Positions 34,714 through 44,824 of a stretch of 64,000 nucleotides of DNA are shown piece by piece. Source of the stretch: an uncultured Pseudomonadota bacterium (GTDB lineage: Bacteria; Pseudomonadota; Alphaproteobacteria; JACZXZ01); contig CAVVLJ010000022.1 in NCBI GenBank assembly GCA_963749075.1, positions 96,001 to 160,000 of the forward strand, in the 5' to 3' direction. The position numbers were made by a program, and so were the translations under genes. The notes under the pieces were generated by a model. That model was not told the origin of the DNA and did no database searches. It saw nothing but the letters and a program-made list of their open reading frames with translations. The stretch's first letter is position 1. Every line of letters begins with the position of its first letter.

Positions 34714-34914
34714 CTAGAACGGCGATCTTATCGGCGGCTCTCGCCAGACCATCCCCCTCAGGAACAGGCCCGAAATGCCGCCGAGGACAACCATCCACGC
34801 GACGCCCAGGACCGGACCCACCGCAGCGAGCGGGATGGGAAAGAAACCATAGCCTGCGACGACGGCGACAACGGCGCCGCCGGCGGCAAAAGCAATTTGG
34901 CTCCGCGTCGCCAT
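34714..34914 (-). CDS. Small hypothetical membrane protein (2 TM)
   Basis: GAGGAG RBS; MATRSQIAFAAGGAVVAVVAGYGFF...; hydrophobic 66-aa ORF downstream of the csp gene. Confidence 0.5.
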   Translation of the reverse strand: MATRSQIAFAAGGAVVAVVAGYGFFPIPLAAVGPVLGVAWMVVLGGISGLFLRGMVWREPPIRSPF

Positions 34915-35076
34915 CACGAGCTCCTCTCCGCTCTCTCCATCTTCCCGCTCGCCGGGCTCCGTATCGCGCCAAGTGGGCACGACACGGGCTCATGCCGCGC
35001 GATAGCCCGGATCATCCGGCGCGAGCTCGAGGACGACCGGGCGTGCCCTCTGGGGCCGCCCGGCGCGGATCGCGAG

Positions 35077-35289
35077 TTAGGCCGCCCTTACGGCGATATT
35101 GGCCGCGGCGGTCTTGCCGTTGGCCAAATGCTCGACCTCGTACTCGACCTGCTGGCCCTCGATCAGGCCCTGGATGCCCGCTTTCGTCAGCGCGGCAGTG
35201 TTCACGTAGACATCCTTCGAGCCGTCCTTCGGCGTGATGAAGCCGAAACCCTTATCGAGCTTGAACCACTTTACGGTTCCCATTGCCAT
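35077..35289 (-). CDS. Cold-shock protein (CspA family)
   Basis: MAMGTVKWFKLDKGFGFITP; 70 aa; RNP1 intact, RNP2 variant VYVN. Confidence 0.92.
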   Translation of the reverse strand: MAMGTVKWFKLDKGFGFITPKDGSKDVYVNTAALTKAGIQGLIEGQQVEYEVEHLANGKTAAANIAVRAA

Positions 35290-35482
35290 TGCTTGAGTAT
35301 CCTTTGCAACTGGACGTTGCCGCCACGACGATTCGTGACGGGGTCTCGCTCTCGTCGATTGCTGCAACGGCCTCGGCCGTGCCCGGACCCGGGCAGGCCA
35401 AATAGCCGCGACGGCATTGAGAGGTGAGACCCATAAATGGGGGCCGCCGAGGCGCAATTCAAGCGCCCGGTGATCTGCCCGC

Positions 35483-36727
35483 TCAGGCGGCGCTGGACGC
35501 CGCCTTGGGCATGCCGGAGAGGCGCTCGCTCATCAGCCGGCTGTACCAGTCGAGAAACTGGATGACGCCGCCCTCGTGGATGTGCGAGTAGGGACCGGGC
35601 TCGTAGGCGGGCGAGTTGATGCCCTTCTGGTTGTCCTGGACGATGCGCCGGTCCTCGTCGTTGGTGGCGAGCCAGACCTCGGTCAATTCCTTCACGTCGT
35701 AATCGACGCCTTCCTGGGCGTCGCGGTGCACCAGCCATTTGGTGGTGAGCTCGGTCTCGCCGGGACCGAGCGGCAGGACGCGGAAGCTGAGCGCGTGATC
35801 GGCGAGGAGATGGTTCCAGCTCGTCGGGTAATGGAAGAGGAGCATGGAGCCGAGCGTGGCACTGGGAAAGTCGGCGAGCAGCCGGCGCACGGCGGCACGC
35901 CCGCTCATCGTCATCGATTCCTGGTCGTCGACGTAGGGGATGCGCGCGGTGCGGTACTGGCCGCTCGCCGCCATCTGGAAGCGGCTCGGCAGCCCCATCG
36001 CCTCGCAGCGGCTCCAGTGGGCGGCGATGAGCTCGTCGCCGGCCAGCCCGTCGACGCCGGTGAGCGTGGGGCGGTCCGTGAAGGTGCGGCAGAGCTCCGG
36101 ATGGTTGCGCCGGCAGTGATAGCACTCGCGGTTGTTCTCCATGACGAGCTTCCAGTTGCCGCGCTCGACGATGGTCGATTCGAAGGCGACCTTGGCCTCC
36201 GCCAGCCGGTGCGGCGCCATGTAGGGCTCGACCGCGGCGCGGAAGGATGCGAAATCGCGCGGCTCCTTCGCGAGCGAGACGAAGAGATAGCCCGCCACCT
36301 CCTCGCAGCCGATGGGCTTCAGGCTGAAGCGCTGGAGGTCGATCTCCTCCATCATGTCGCGCGCGAAGATCAGCCGGCCGTCGAGCTCGTAGGTCCATTG
36401 GTGATAGGGGCACACCAGCTTGGCGCTGCGTCCCTTCGCCTTGGTGCAGACGTGGTGGCCGCGGTGCCGGCAGACGTTGTGGTAGGCGCGCGCGAGCTGG
36501 TCGCGGCCGCGCAGGACGACGAGCGGATAGGCGCCCACCTGGAGCGTGAAGTAGTCGCCGGGGCGCGCGATCTCGCAAGAGTGGCCGGCGAACAACCACT
36601 CCCTGTAGAAGATCTCCGCGAGGTCGATCTCGTGGCAGGCGGCGTCCGTGTAGAAGCTCCGCGGCAGGCCGTAATCGGCCGCGCGTGCCTGGAGCTCGTT
36701 CAGCATCCGTGCGCGGGTAAGGTCCAT
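35483..36727 (-). CDS. Rieske oxygenase alpha subunit (GbcA / quaternary-amine demethylase-like)
   Basis: Rieske CRH...CPYH, mononuclear iron site ENNRECYHCRRNH, KWLVHRDAQEGVDYD, SPAYEPGPYS. Confidence 0.85.
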   Translation of the reverse strand: MDLTRARMLNELQARAADYGLPRSFYTDAACHEIDLAEIFYREWLFAGHSCEIARPGDYFTLQVGAYPLVVLRGRDQLARAYHNVCRHRGHHVCTKAKGRSAKLVCPYHQWTYELDGRLIFARDMMEEIDLQRFSLKPIGCEEVAGYLFVSLAKEPRDFASFRAAVEPYMAPHRLAEAKVAFESTIVERGNWKLVMENNRECYHCRRNHPELCRTFTDRPTLTGVDGLAGDELIAAHWSRCEAMGLPSRFQMAASGQYRTARIPYVDDQESMTMSGRAAVRRLLADFPSATLGSMLLFHYPTSWNHLLADHALSFRVLPLGPGETELTTKWLVHRDAQEGVDYDVKELTEVWLATNDEDRRIVQDNQKGINSPAYEPGPYSHIHEGGVIQFLDWYSRLMSERLSGMPKAASSAA

Positions 36728-36887
36728 GGGGGCTCCGTCGTCATCTTGCCGCGCCGCGCGGGAGCCGCGTCGGGGCCGCGCGGGTCGCATGCCTCAGGCT
36801 AGCACAAAGGCCGCCGCGGCGGGGCATCGAAAACGGCCTCGGTCGGCGCGCAGGCGGCGGCTCGCCTGGGGCGGCGGAGCGGGCCGG

Positions 36888-39569
36888 TCAGCCCGCAGCT
36901 TGCCTGCGGCTGTCGCGCCATGCGAGGAGGGCCGGCAGCACGATCAAGTTGGCCGCGAGCGCCATCGAGAGCGAGATGGCCAAAAGGCCGCCCATGCTCG
37001 CCATGCCGCGGTGGCTCGACACCATCAGGCTCCCGAAGGAGGCCATGGTGGTCAGCGCGCTCACCAGTACGGCCAAGGGCGTGCTCGTATTGAGCAGGCG
37101 TCCCACGTCGGGCATCTCGCGGTGGCGCATGACGAGATAGACGCCGAATGCCGAGCCCAGGCTGAAGAGGAGCGGCAATGCCATGATGTTGGCGAGATTG
37201 AGCTTGGTGTCGAGGAGCACGATCGCGGCGATCGTCAGGCTCAGCGCGAGCCCGAGCGGCAGGGCCACGAGCAGCCAATCGGCGATGCTGCGCAGCGCCA
37301 GAATGAGCACGAGCGAGACGCCGATGAAGGCGAGCACGCCGCTCGTCTCGAAGGCGTGGACCACGGCGTCGGCACCGCCGAGGAGAAGAACGGCGGTCCC
37401 CGTCGCATCGGGCGCCAGGCTGCGCACCCCGGCGACGAAGCGGCGAAGCTGGCGCGCGCCCGCGAAGGCGTGCTTGGGCGAAACCTCGATGCGCGCCCGG
37501 CCGTCGGCGCTCATGTAGCGGGACCTGATGTCCTCCGGCAGGTCCGCGAGGGTGACCTTCGTGGCGCCCAAGGCGTCCTTGAGGTCGCTGAGGCGTCCCG
37601 GCAGGTTGCCGAGGAGGGCCTGCTCGAGGGCGCGGTAGCGCCGGGCCGGGTCGGCGGCTGCCTCTTTGGCGAAGTCCTGCAGCAGGCCTGCAAGACGCCC
37701 CGCCGGAGCGAGGAGATCGCCTGCGCGCGGCGAGGCGGCCAGCTCCTTGAGCTCGGCGATCAGACCGGCGGCGGCCGCCTGGTTCTCCGCAAGCGACGGC
37801 GCCGCCGCCGCCGCGGCGTGGTCGAAGACGGGCATGAGGAAGAGCGACATCTGGTCGATGATGTCGAGCTTGGCGTCCTGATCCGAAGGTACGAACGAGG
37901 CGAGCGTCACCACGTCGCCAACGAGCGGCTGCTTCTCGATCTTCTCGGCGAGAGTCGCGGCCGCCGGCAGGTTTGGCGCCAGGACGCTGATCGAATAGGG
38001 CGAGGCCCGGCTGTCCGCCATCAGGGCATCGTAGGTCTGGACCGATTGCGACCGGGGGTCCTCCAATTTGATGGGGTCGACCTCGAAGCCCACGCGCCCG
38101 ATGGCCGCGAGCGACAGGAGCCCGACGACGAGCGCCGCGATGGCGATCGCGCGGGCATGGCGCACCAGGAAGTGGCTGCGCCGTGCGGCGCCGTCCTCCT
38201 TCGCCGCGCGCCCAGGCCGCGGTGCGATCGGCATCAGGGTCAGCACCGCGGGAAGCAGCGTGAGCGTGGCGACGAGGCTGATGCACATGCCGACGCCGGA
38301 GATGATGCCGAGCTCGGCCAAGCCGCGGTACTCGGTCGGCACGAAGGAGAAATAGCCGACCGCGGCGGCGAGTGCCGCGAGTGCGATGGCGACGCCGGTG
38401 CCCGAGATCGCCTCGCCGAGCGCTGCCCGGTGCGCGCGCCCGCGGTCCCGTGCCTCCTGGAAGCGCATGCCGAACTGGACGCTGAAGTCCATGGCGACCC
38501 CGATGAAGAGCACGGCGAAGGCGCTCGAGAGCAGATTGAGATGGCCCACGGCGAGCGCCGCGAAGGCGCTCGTCCACACCAGGCTGATGACGAGGGTGAC
38601 GATCATGGCGGCGACGAGGCGGAGCGAGCGCAGGCCGACGAAGGCGATGAGCGAGACGAGAGCCAGCGAGACGATGCCGGCGCGCTCGCCGCCCTGGGTC
38701 ACGGCGCGGACCTCGTCGGCGGCGATCGGCAGGTCCCCGGTGAGCCGCACCTCGATGCCGTGCGCCGGATCGAGGCCGAGCCCGGCCGCGATGCGCGGTA
38801 TCTCCGCGAGTGCCGGCGGGTCGTCGGCGGCTGTGCCGCCTTGCCGCGCCTCGGCCAGGATGACGTGGCGATCGTCGCCCGCCTTCAACGGGCTCGCCGA
38901 CATCAGGGCGCGCCAGCTGAGCGGCCGCGTGCCGCCCTTGATCGCCTCCTCGAGGGTGTCGGCGATGCTCGTCAAGGGGCGGCCGAGCCCGCCCGCGTCC
39001 TGGCCGTTCTCGGCGATCGCCTTGGCCGCCAGTCCCAGCACCTTGAAAAGGCCCCGCAGGCTCATGTCGCTCGCGAGCTCGCCGAGCAACGGCTCCGCCG
39101 CCGCGATGCGGTCCGACATGGCCTCGAGATCGGCCTTGCTGAGGAAGAGGAGTCCGTTGCGGCGGAAGAAGGCGCCGCCTTCCGGATCGTAGACCCACTT
39201 GAAGAGATCGCTCCGCCGCCCGAGCGCCTGGGCGAGGGCGAGGCCGGCGTCCTCCGCCTGGTCCGCCGTGGCCGCCGTCACCAGGATCGTGATATTGCCG
39301 TCGAGCGCCGGAAACGCCGCCTCAAATTCCCGGTTCAGCTTGAGGAAGGGCAGCTCGGGGGAGAGCATGTCCGCCGTGCTCGTCTGCATCACGAGATGCC
39401 CAGCCGCGTAGTAGCCTCCCGCCGCCGCGAGTGCCAGCGATGCCAGCACGATGGCTTTCGCATGGCGGCTGACCCAATCGCCCCAACGGGCGAGCGGCCT
39501 CGCGCTCTCGATGTCCGGCATCTTCATCCCGAGTGCTCCGGCGCCGCCCTTCATATCGCTTCGAGGCAT
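36888..39569 (-). CDS. hpnN: MMPL/RND family transporter, HpnN-like (start uncertain)
   Basis: FFRRNGLLFL, VRLTG, GHLNLLSSAFAVLFIGVAMDF, GLAELGIISG, SSHRGMASMG; two TM bundles. Confidence 0.8.
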   Translation of the reverse strand: MPRSDMKGGAGALGMKMPDIESARPLARWGDWVSRHAKAIVLASLALAAAGGYYAAGHLVMQTSTADMLSPELPFLKLNREFEAAFPALDGNITILVTAATADQAEDAGLALAQALGRRSDLFKWVYDPEGGAFFRRNGLLFLSKADLEAMSDRIAAAEPLLGELASDMSLRGLFKVLGLAAKAIAENGQDAGGLGRPLTSIADTLEEAIKGGTRPLSWRALMSASPLKAGDDRHVILAEARQGGTAADDPPALAEIPRIAAGLGLDPAHGIEVRLTGDLPIAADEVRAVTQGGERAGIVSLALVSLIAFVGLRSLRLVAAMIVTLVISLVWTSAFAALAVGHLNLLSSAFAVLFIGVAMDFSVQFGMRFQEARDRGRAHRAALGEAISGTGVAIALAALAAAVGYFSFVPTEYRGLAELGIISGVGMCISLVATLTLLPAVLTLMPIAPRPGRAAKEDGAARRSHFLVRHARAIAIAALVVGLLSLAAIGRVGFEVDPIKLEDPRSQSVQTYDALMADSRASPYSISVLAPNLPAAATLAEKIEKQPLVGDVVTLASFVPSDQDAKLDIIDQMSLFLMPVFDHAAAAAAPSLAENQAAAAGLIAELKELAASPRAGDLLAPAGRLAGLLQDFAKEAAADPARRYRALEQALLGNLPGRLSDLKDALGATKVTLADLPEDIRSRYMSADGRARIEVSPKHAFAGARQLRRFVAGVRSLAPDATGTAVLLLGGADAVVHAFETSGVLAFIGVSLVLILALRSIADWLLVALPLGLALSLTIAAIVLLDTKLNLANIMALPLLFSLGSAFGVYLVMRHREMPDVGRLLNTSTPLAVLVSALTTMASFGSLMVSSHRGMASMGGLLAISLSMALAANLIVLPALLAWRDSRRQAAG

Positions 39570-39639
39570 TAATGATTTACGGCGTCTTGCTTGGCGAGCG
39601 GATTGCTCGGTGGTGCAGGATCAATGCGGCCGCGCGGCG

Positions 39640-40644
39640 CTAGCGCTCGCCCGCCGCGGCGGCGGCAGGGACGGCGGGCTTCGCGAGCTTCTTGCGGTAG
39701 CCGAACGACTCGTCGAAGCGGCGGAGGATGTAATCGCCGGCGCGCACCGGCTCGTAGCGGCACTCCGCCGCTGGCGTCCCCAGCTCGCGCGGATCGACCG
39801 TGGCGGCGAAATCGGGATCGAAGAAGGTCGCGATCGAATAGCGCTCGCGGCCCGAGCGGTTGATGACGCGGTGCACGGTCGAGCTGAAGCGGCCGTTCGT
39901 CCAGCGCGCCAGAAGATCGCCGACATTGACCACGAGGGTGCCCGCGATCGGGCGCGCATCGATCCAGGTCTTGCTCGCCAGGCTGCGCACCTGGAGGCCG
40001 CCGTTGTCGTCCTGCCAGAGGAGGGTGATGCAGCCGTAATCCGAGTGCGGCGCCACGCCGAACTGCTCGTCCTCCGAAAGAGGCGGCTGCGGCGGGTAAT
40101 AGATGATCTGGGTGCGCTGGAGCGGCTTGGTGTATTTGTCCCTGAAGAAGCTCTCCTCGAGGCCGAGGCCGAGGGCGACGACGCGTAAGAGGTCGGCGCC
40201 GCAGCCTGCCATCTCGCGGAAATAGGCATAGAGCGCCGGCTGCAGCTCCGGCATGAAGCTCGGCCAGTTGTTGGGGCCGCGGAGCGGCTCGCCCGCGAGC
40301 ACGCTCGCGTCGCTTTCCGGGAGCTCGAGCCCGATGCTGTAGAACTCCTTGTAGTCCGGCTTGCGCGCGCCATACATGAGCGCGTCGCCGCGCGCGTGGA
40401 AGCCGCGGTGATTGGCGTTGGCGGCGACCGTCCGCTTGATCTCGACCGGGTGCGCGAAGAACTGCCGGGCCGCGGCCGCCGCCCGCTCGATCGTCTCGCC
40501 CGGCACCTTGTGGTTCGCGATATAGAAGAACCCCACGGTGGTGCAGGCGAGATGGATCTCCCGCGCGGCCCTGGCCATGGCCGCGGGATCGCGCGCGCGC
40601 ACGCCGGCAAAATCGACGATCGGAATCTCGCCTGCACCCGTCAT
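39640..40644 (-). CDS. 2-oxoglutarate/Fe(II) oxygenase (isopenicillin N synthase-like family)
   Basis: IPIVDF, GFFYIANH, HSDYG, NVGDLLARWTNG, STVHRV, RYS. Confidence 0.92.
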   Translation of the reverse strand: MTGAGEIPIVDFAGVRARDPAAMARAAREIHLACTTVGFFYIANHKVPGETIERAAAAARQFFAHPVEIKRTVAANANHRGFHARGDALMYGARKPDYKEFYSIGLELPESDASVLAGEPLRGPNNWPSFMPELQPALYAYFREMAGCGADLLRVVALGLGLEESFFRDKYTKPLQRTQIIYYPPQPPLSEDEQFGVAPHSDYGCITLLWQDDNGGLQVRSLASKTWIDARPIAGTLVVNVGDLLARWTNGRFSSTVHRVINRSGRERYSIATFFDPDFAATVDPRELGTPAAECRYEPVRAGDYILRRFDESFGYRKKLAKPAVPAAAAAGER

Positions 40645-40865
40645 GGCGGCTCTCCACCCTCTCTCGCCACAGTCGCGGAACGGCTCATGGCGAAGCGCCG
40701 GCCGTTCCATTCGCCGCCGCCCGTGATAGCTCTTCCTTCTTACTTTTTACCAGGATTCCGTGAGACCCGGTAAAGCCCAAAGCTCACGCCGCGCCCGGGC
40801 AGCGCCGCTGCCCTCGATGCGAGAGCGCTTGCGCCCTGGAACGGTCTTCTCAGCAAGACGGATAA

Positions 40866-40882
40866 TGCCTATTCTCTAGGCA
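40866..40882. promoter_or_regulatory. Putative NtrC-type enhancer site
   Basis: Palindrome TGCCTA-TTCTC-TAGGCA (TGC-N11-GCA) about 70 bp upstream of a sigma-54 motif. Confidence 0.45.
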
Positions 40883-40952
40883 GTTTTCTCTGTCCCGCCG
40901 CGTGCCGGCGATGCGAGAGGGCGGCGCTCCGGCGCAAGAGGCGCGCCACCCC

Positions 40953-40968
40953 TGGCATGCGAATTGCT
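40953..40968 (+). promoter_or_regulatory. Sigma-54 (-24/-12) promoter
   Basis: TGGCATGCGAATTGCT with exact GG-N10-GC spacing, upstream of the amino-acid ABC operon. Confidence 0.7.
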
Positions 40969-41060
40969 ACTGCTCGGAAACTCAAGAAGCCGGAGCGGAC
41001 CCCGCGCAGGACAAGCCGCCGGCGGGCCAACAAGTTTCCTTAGGGGAAAGGACGCGCGAC

Positions 41061-41915
41061 ATGCGCGAGTTGCCGGTTCCTTCCGCCGCCGCGGGGCCGC
41101 CCGTGCCGCCCATCCTGAAACTCGACCGCATCGACAAGTTCTTCGGGCGCACGCAAGTGCTGCGCGACGTGACGCTCGAGGTGCGCAAGGGCGAGGTGGT
41201 GTGCATCATCGGCCCGTCCGGTGCCGGCAAATCCACGCTGCTCCGCTGCATCAACCATCTCGAGAGCGTCGACAGCGGCACCATCTACTTCGAGGGCCAG
41301 CCCGTCTATCGCTACGTGAGGGGTGCGCGGGTGGTGGTGGACCCGGAGCGCCGGATCGAGGAGATCCGCTCCCACATCGGCATGGTGTTCCAGTCCTTCA
41401 ACCTCTTCCCGCATCTCACGGCGATCGGCAACGTCATCGAGGCGCCGGTGCATGTGCGGGGCGAGCCCTACAAGCAGGCCCGCAAGCGCGGCTTAGCCGA
41501 GCTGCGCCGCGTCGGCATCGCGGAGAAGGCCGACGCCTATCCGCATCAGTTGAGCGGCGGACAGCAGCAGCGCGTGGCGATCGCCAGAGCACTCGCCATG
41601 GATCCCAAGGTGATGCTGTTCGACGAGGCGACCTCGGCGCTCGACCCAGAGCTGGTCGGCGAAGTGCTGCGCGTCATGCGGCAGCTCGCGGCGGAGGGCA
41701 TGACCATGGTCGTCGTCACCCACGAGATGGGCTTCGCCCGCGACGTGGCGGACCGCGCGGTCTTCATGGACGCCGGCGCCATCGTCGAGGAGGGCCACCC
41801 GCAGCAGATCTTCTCGGCACCCCGCGCCGAGCGCACGCGGCAGTTCCTCCAGACCATCCTCGACCGCAACGGCCAGCTGGAGCCGGCGGCCAGCTCCGCC
41901 GAAGAAACCGCCTAG
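41061..41915 (+). CDS. Polar amino acid ABC transporter ATP-binding protein
   Basis: [46 protein letters not shown]. Confidence 0.95.
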   Translation: MRELPVPSAAAGPPVPPILKLDRIDKFFGRTQVLRDVTLEVRKGEVVCIIGPSGAGKSTLLRCINHLESVDSGTIYFEGQPVYRYVRGARVVVDPERRIEEIRSHIGMVFQSFNLFPHLTAIGNVIEAPVHVRGEPYKQARKRGLAELRRVGIAEKADAYPHQLSGGQQQRVAIARALAMDPKVMLFDEATSALDPELVGEVLRVMRQLAAEGMTMVVVTHEMGFARDVADRAVFMDAGAIVEEGHPQQIFSAPRAERTRQFLQTILDRNGQLEPAASSAEETA

Positions 41916-42095
41916 GCAGCGTCCCGAACGGAGACCGCCTGATGAATCGCGCGAGACTACATGAGCGCTTTTGCCGGTCCGCTTCCGCCGCGCGCTCCGC
42001 GGAACGGATCGGCGTCGTCGGTTGCACGCCGCGAGCGCAGCACAACGCGTGACAAATAAAGGGGCACCACAGCCAGCAAGAGAGGAGGCCAGGAC

Positions 42096-43025
42096 ATGAC
42101 AGACGACCGCACGCCGGCCAGCACGGCCGAGAGTCCAAGCACGGCGCTGACGCGCCGCCGGCTTCTGCGAGCGGGCGCTGCCGCCGGCGTGGCGACGGTC
42201 GCCGCGGGGGCGCTGCCGCGCGCGGCGGCGGCGGCGGCCGAGCCCATGGTCGACGACTCGTTCAAGGGCTTCGTCCTCTCGAAGCTCGGCTGCGACGATT
42301 CGCTGGTCAAGGTGCAGCAGAAGGGCGAACTCATCGTCGGCACCTCGGACGACTGGCCCTACTCCTTCTATCCGGCGGGCTCCTCGGAGTGGACCGGCCT
42401 CGACGCCGACATCATCAAGTACGTCGCCAAGATGCTGAAGATCCCGAAGATCAACGTGCAGGTCGCGCAGTTTTCGGCGCTCATCCCGGGCATGCTCGAC
42501 GGCCGCTTCGACATGGTCGGCGACTCGATCCACTGGACGCTCGCGCGCTCCAAGGTGGTCGATTTCTGCTTCCCCACCTACTACTACTCCGAGTGGCTGG
42601 CGGTGAAGAAGGGCAATCCCAAGAACATCCACAATTTCGCCGATATGAAAGGCAAGACGATCTGCACCATGATCGGCACCAACTACGCGGAGTGGCTGAG
42701 CAAGATCGAGGGCATCAACTTCGTCACCGCCAAGGACTGGCAGGAAACCATCCAGGACCTGGTGATCGGGCGCGTCGACGGCATCGTCTACGACCAGCCG
42801 GTGCTCGCCGCTTCCTTCAAGGACCACCCCGAATGGCCGGTCGAGCTGGCCACGGGCTACGAGCCGCGCACCTTCAAGAACCCGACGGGCTACAGCCGCT
42901 ACGCCTTCCGGCAGAACGCCGTGCAGCTCCGCGAGGGCTTCACCGACGCCATCGAATGGATGCAGGACCAGCTCGAGATGCAGAAGATCCTGACCAAGTG
43001 GAACCTGACGGGATACAACAACTAG
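42096..43025 (+). CDS. Amino acid ABC substrate-binding protein (family 3, Tat signal)
   Basis: TRRRLL leader; GELIVGT, GLDADI, FSALIPGMLDGRFD, GRVDG. Confidence 0.9.
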   Translation: MTDDRTPASTAESPSTALTRRRLLRAGAAAGVATVAAGALPRAAAAAAEPMVDDSFKGFVLSKLGCDDSLVKVQQKGELIVGTSDDWPYSFYPAGSSEWTGLDADIIKYVAKMLKIPKINVQVAQFSALIPGMLDGRFDMVGDSIHWTLARSKVVDFCFPTYYYSEWLAVKKGNPKNIHNFADMKGKTICTMIGTNYAEWLSKIEGINFVTAKDWQETIQDLVIGRVDGIVYDQPVLAASFKDHPEWPVELATGYEPRTFKNPTGYSRYAFRQNAVQLREGFTDAIEWMQDQLEMQKILTKWNLTGYNN

Positions 43026-43063
43026 TGCCTACCGCCGCCGGCGCGGGCGTCGCTCGCTCTTCT

Positions 43064-43087
43064 CCCTCCCCCCGCAAGGGGGAGGGG
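43064..43087. repeat. REP-like hairpin (intercistronic)
   Basis: CCCTCCCCCC-GCAA-GGGGGAGGG downstream of the SBP gene; same style as the elements at 60402-60549. Confidence 0.55.
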
Positions 43088-43204
43088 CGCCTCTTTCGTT
43101 GCCGGGCTATGCATCCGGCCGCCGGCGCGCGGCATCGCGTGAAGATGCCGCCCGCCTGCCGTCGGGCCCGGCTATCGCACCACTAGAGAGGGCGGGGGCT
43201 TCGC

Positions 43205-43963
43205 ATGTTCTTTTCCCTGGCTGACATGATCACGTTTCTTCCCCCGCTCCTCAAAGGCGCCTATCTCACCATCGCGGTCTCGCTGCTCTCCTTTGCACTC
43301 GCCACCGTCATCGGGCTTCTTGTCGGCCTCGCGCGCATCTCGCGGCTGCTGCCGCTCCGCATCTTGGCCACCCCCTACGTCCAGTTCATCCGCGGCACGC
43401 CGCTTCTTCTCCAGCTCTTCACCATCTACTACGTGCTGCCCTATGGCGGCATCATCCTCTCGCCCTTCGTCTCGGCCGTGTTCGGCCTCACGCTCAACTA
43501 CAGCGCCTATATGGCCGAGGTATTCCGCGGCGGCATTCTGGCGATCCCCAAGGGCCAATGGGAGGCCGGCCTCTCGATCGGCATGTCGCGCCGGCTTCTG
43601 CTGCGCCGCATCATCCTGCCGCAGGCGTTGCGCATCGTTGTGCCGGCGATCGGCAACTTCTTCGTGTCGATCTTCAAGGATTCGGCGCTCGTCTCGGTGA
43701 TCACCATGCGCGACCTGATGTTCAGCGGCGAGATACTCGCCGCCGCCACCTTCAAGCACTTCGAGATCTTCGCCATGGTGGCGGTCATCTATTTCCTGAT
43801 CAGCTACCCGACCGCGAAGTTCGTCGAATACATCGAGCAGCGCCTCGACGTCCACCGCACGCGGCCCACGGACGCGGCCGCGGCGCTCCGCTGGTCGCGC
43901 GTTGCGCGGCTGGCGTGGGCGCGTGGCGTCGCACGAAGCGGCGGCCATACCAAGGGCATGTGA
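43205..43963 (+). CDS. Amino acid ABC transporter permease
   Basis: IRGTPLLLQL, SAYMAEVFRGG, GQWEAG, IILPQA, KDSALVSVI. Confidence 0.95.
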   Translation: MFFSLADMITFLPPLLKGAYLTIAVSLLSFALATVIGLLVGLARISRLLPLRILATPYVQFIRGTPLLLQLFTIYYVLPYGGIILSPFVSAVFGLTLNYSAYMAEVFRGGILAIPKGQWEAGLSIGMSRRLLLRRIILPQALRIVVPAIGNFFVSIFKDSALVSVITMRDLMFSGEILAAATFKHFEIFAMVAVIYFLISYPTAKFVEYIEQRLDVHRTRPTDAAAALRWSRVARLAWARGVARSGGHTKGM

Positions 43964-43993
43964 GCGCGCCGTGCCGGCCGGCCGGCTACCCGC

Positions 43994-44722
43994 CTAATCC
44001 GTCCGGCCCACGCGCCAGGCGCCGCCCAGCATCTTGGCGCGGACGTCGAGGAGATGCGCGCGCAGTGCCTCCGCCGCCAGGCGCACGTCGCGCGCGCGGA
44101 GCGCGTCCGCGATCTGGCGGTGCTGGCTCTGGTAGGTCTCCCACTTCTCCTGCGTCGTGCTGCCGCGCTTGAGCTTCATCCAGGGCGGGTTCTGCCGCAC
44201 CGCGATCACGATCTGATAGGCGCCGACGGTGAGGCGGTTGTGCGTCGCCGCGACGAGGCGCTGGTGGAAGGTGCGGTCCCAATATTCCCATTCCGCGAGC
44301 GAGGTGGCGGCATCGCCGCGCTCGACGCACTCGAGCACCGCCTCGATATCGCTCTCGCTCGCGTGCAGCACGATGTCGTCGGCGAGGCCGGGTTCGAGGG
44401 CGAGGCGGAAGTCGAGAAGCTCGACCGGGCTCACGTCGGAGAGACGGAGCTCGGGTGCCGCCGGCGCCACCACCACGGTGCCGTGGCCGACCCGCCGGGC
44501 GATCTTGCCCGAGCGGTGGAGCTCGGCGAGGGCCGCGCGCACCACGTTGCGCGAGGCGCCGAAGCGGGCAGCCAGCTCGCGCTCGGGCACGAGGCGCTCG
44601 CCGGGCTTGACCTGCCCCTCGATGATCTGCCGCTCGAGGAGCGCATGCACGCGCTCGACCATCTCGCGCGAGCGCTCGCGGCGGCTCATTGCGGGCAGTG
44701 CCAATTCGTCTTTCGCTTCCAT
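43994..44722 (-). CDS. FadR/GntR family regulator
   Basis: PGERLVPERELAARFGASRNVVRAAL, GHGTVV, DRTFH..LVAATHN. Confidence 0.9.
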   Translation of the reverse strand: MEAKDELALPAMSRRERSREMVERVHALLERQIIEGQVKPGERLVPERELAARFGASRNVVRAALAELHRSGKIARRVGHGTVVVAPAAPELRLSDVSPVELLDFRLALEPGLADDIVLHASESDIEAVLECVERGDAATSLAEWEYWDRTFHQRLVAATHNRLTVGAYQIVIAVRQNPPWMKLKRGSTTQEKWETYQSQHRQIADALRARDVRLAAEALRAHLLDVRAKMLGGAWRVGRTD

Positions 44723-44824
44723 GAATCGAGCCCTCCCACCGCGAGGTCCAATCCTCGTCCCGGACACGCGGCCCGGAGGCCGCTTGCGGCCCCTCCCTCT
44801 GCCTCCCTCCGGTCCGGCAGCGCC

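Noticed and set aside
36726-39572. Long antisense or alternate-frame ORFs (948 aa and 799 aa here; similar ones opposite cstA, groEL and URC1)
   Set aside because: They mirror well-supported genes, lack motifs and are expected from stop-codon scarcity at high GC.
39640-40644. Beta-lactam biosynthesis (true IPNS)
   Set aside because: There is no NRPS or other biosynthetic gene nearby, and the family is broad.
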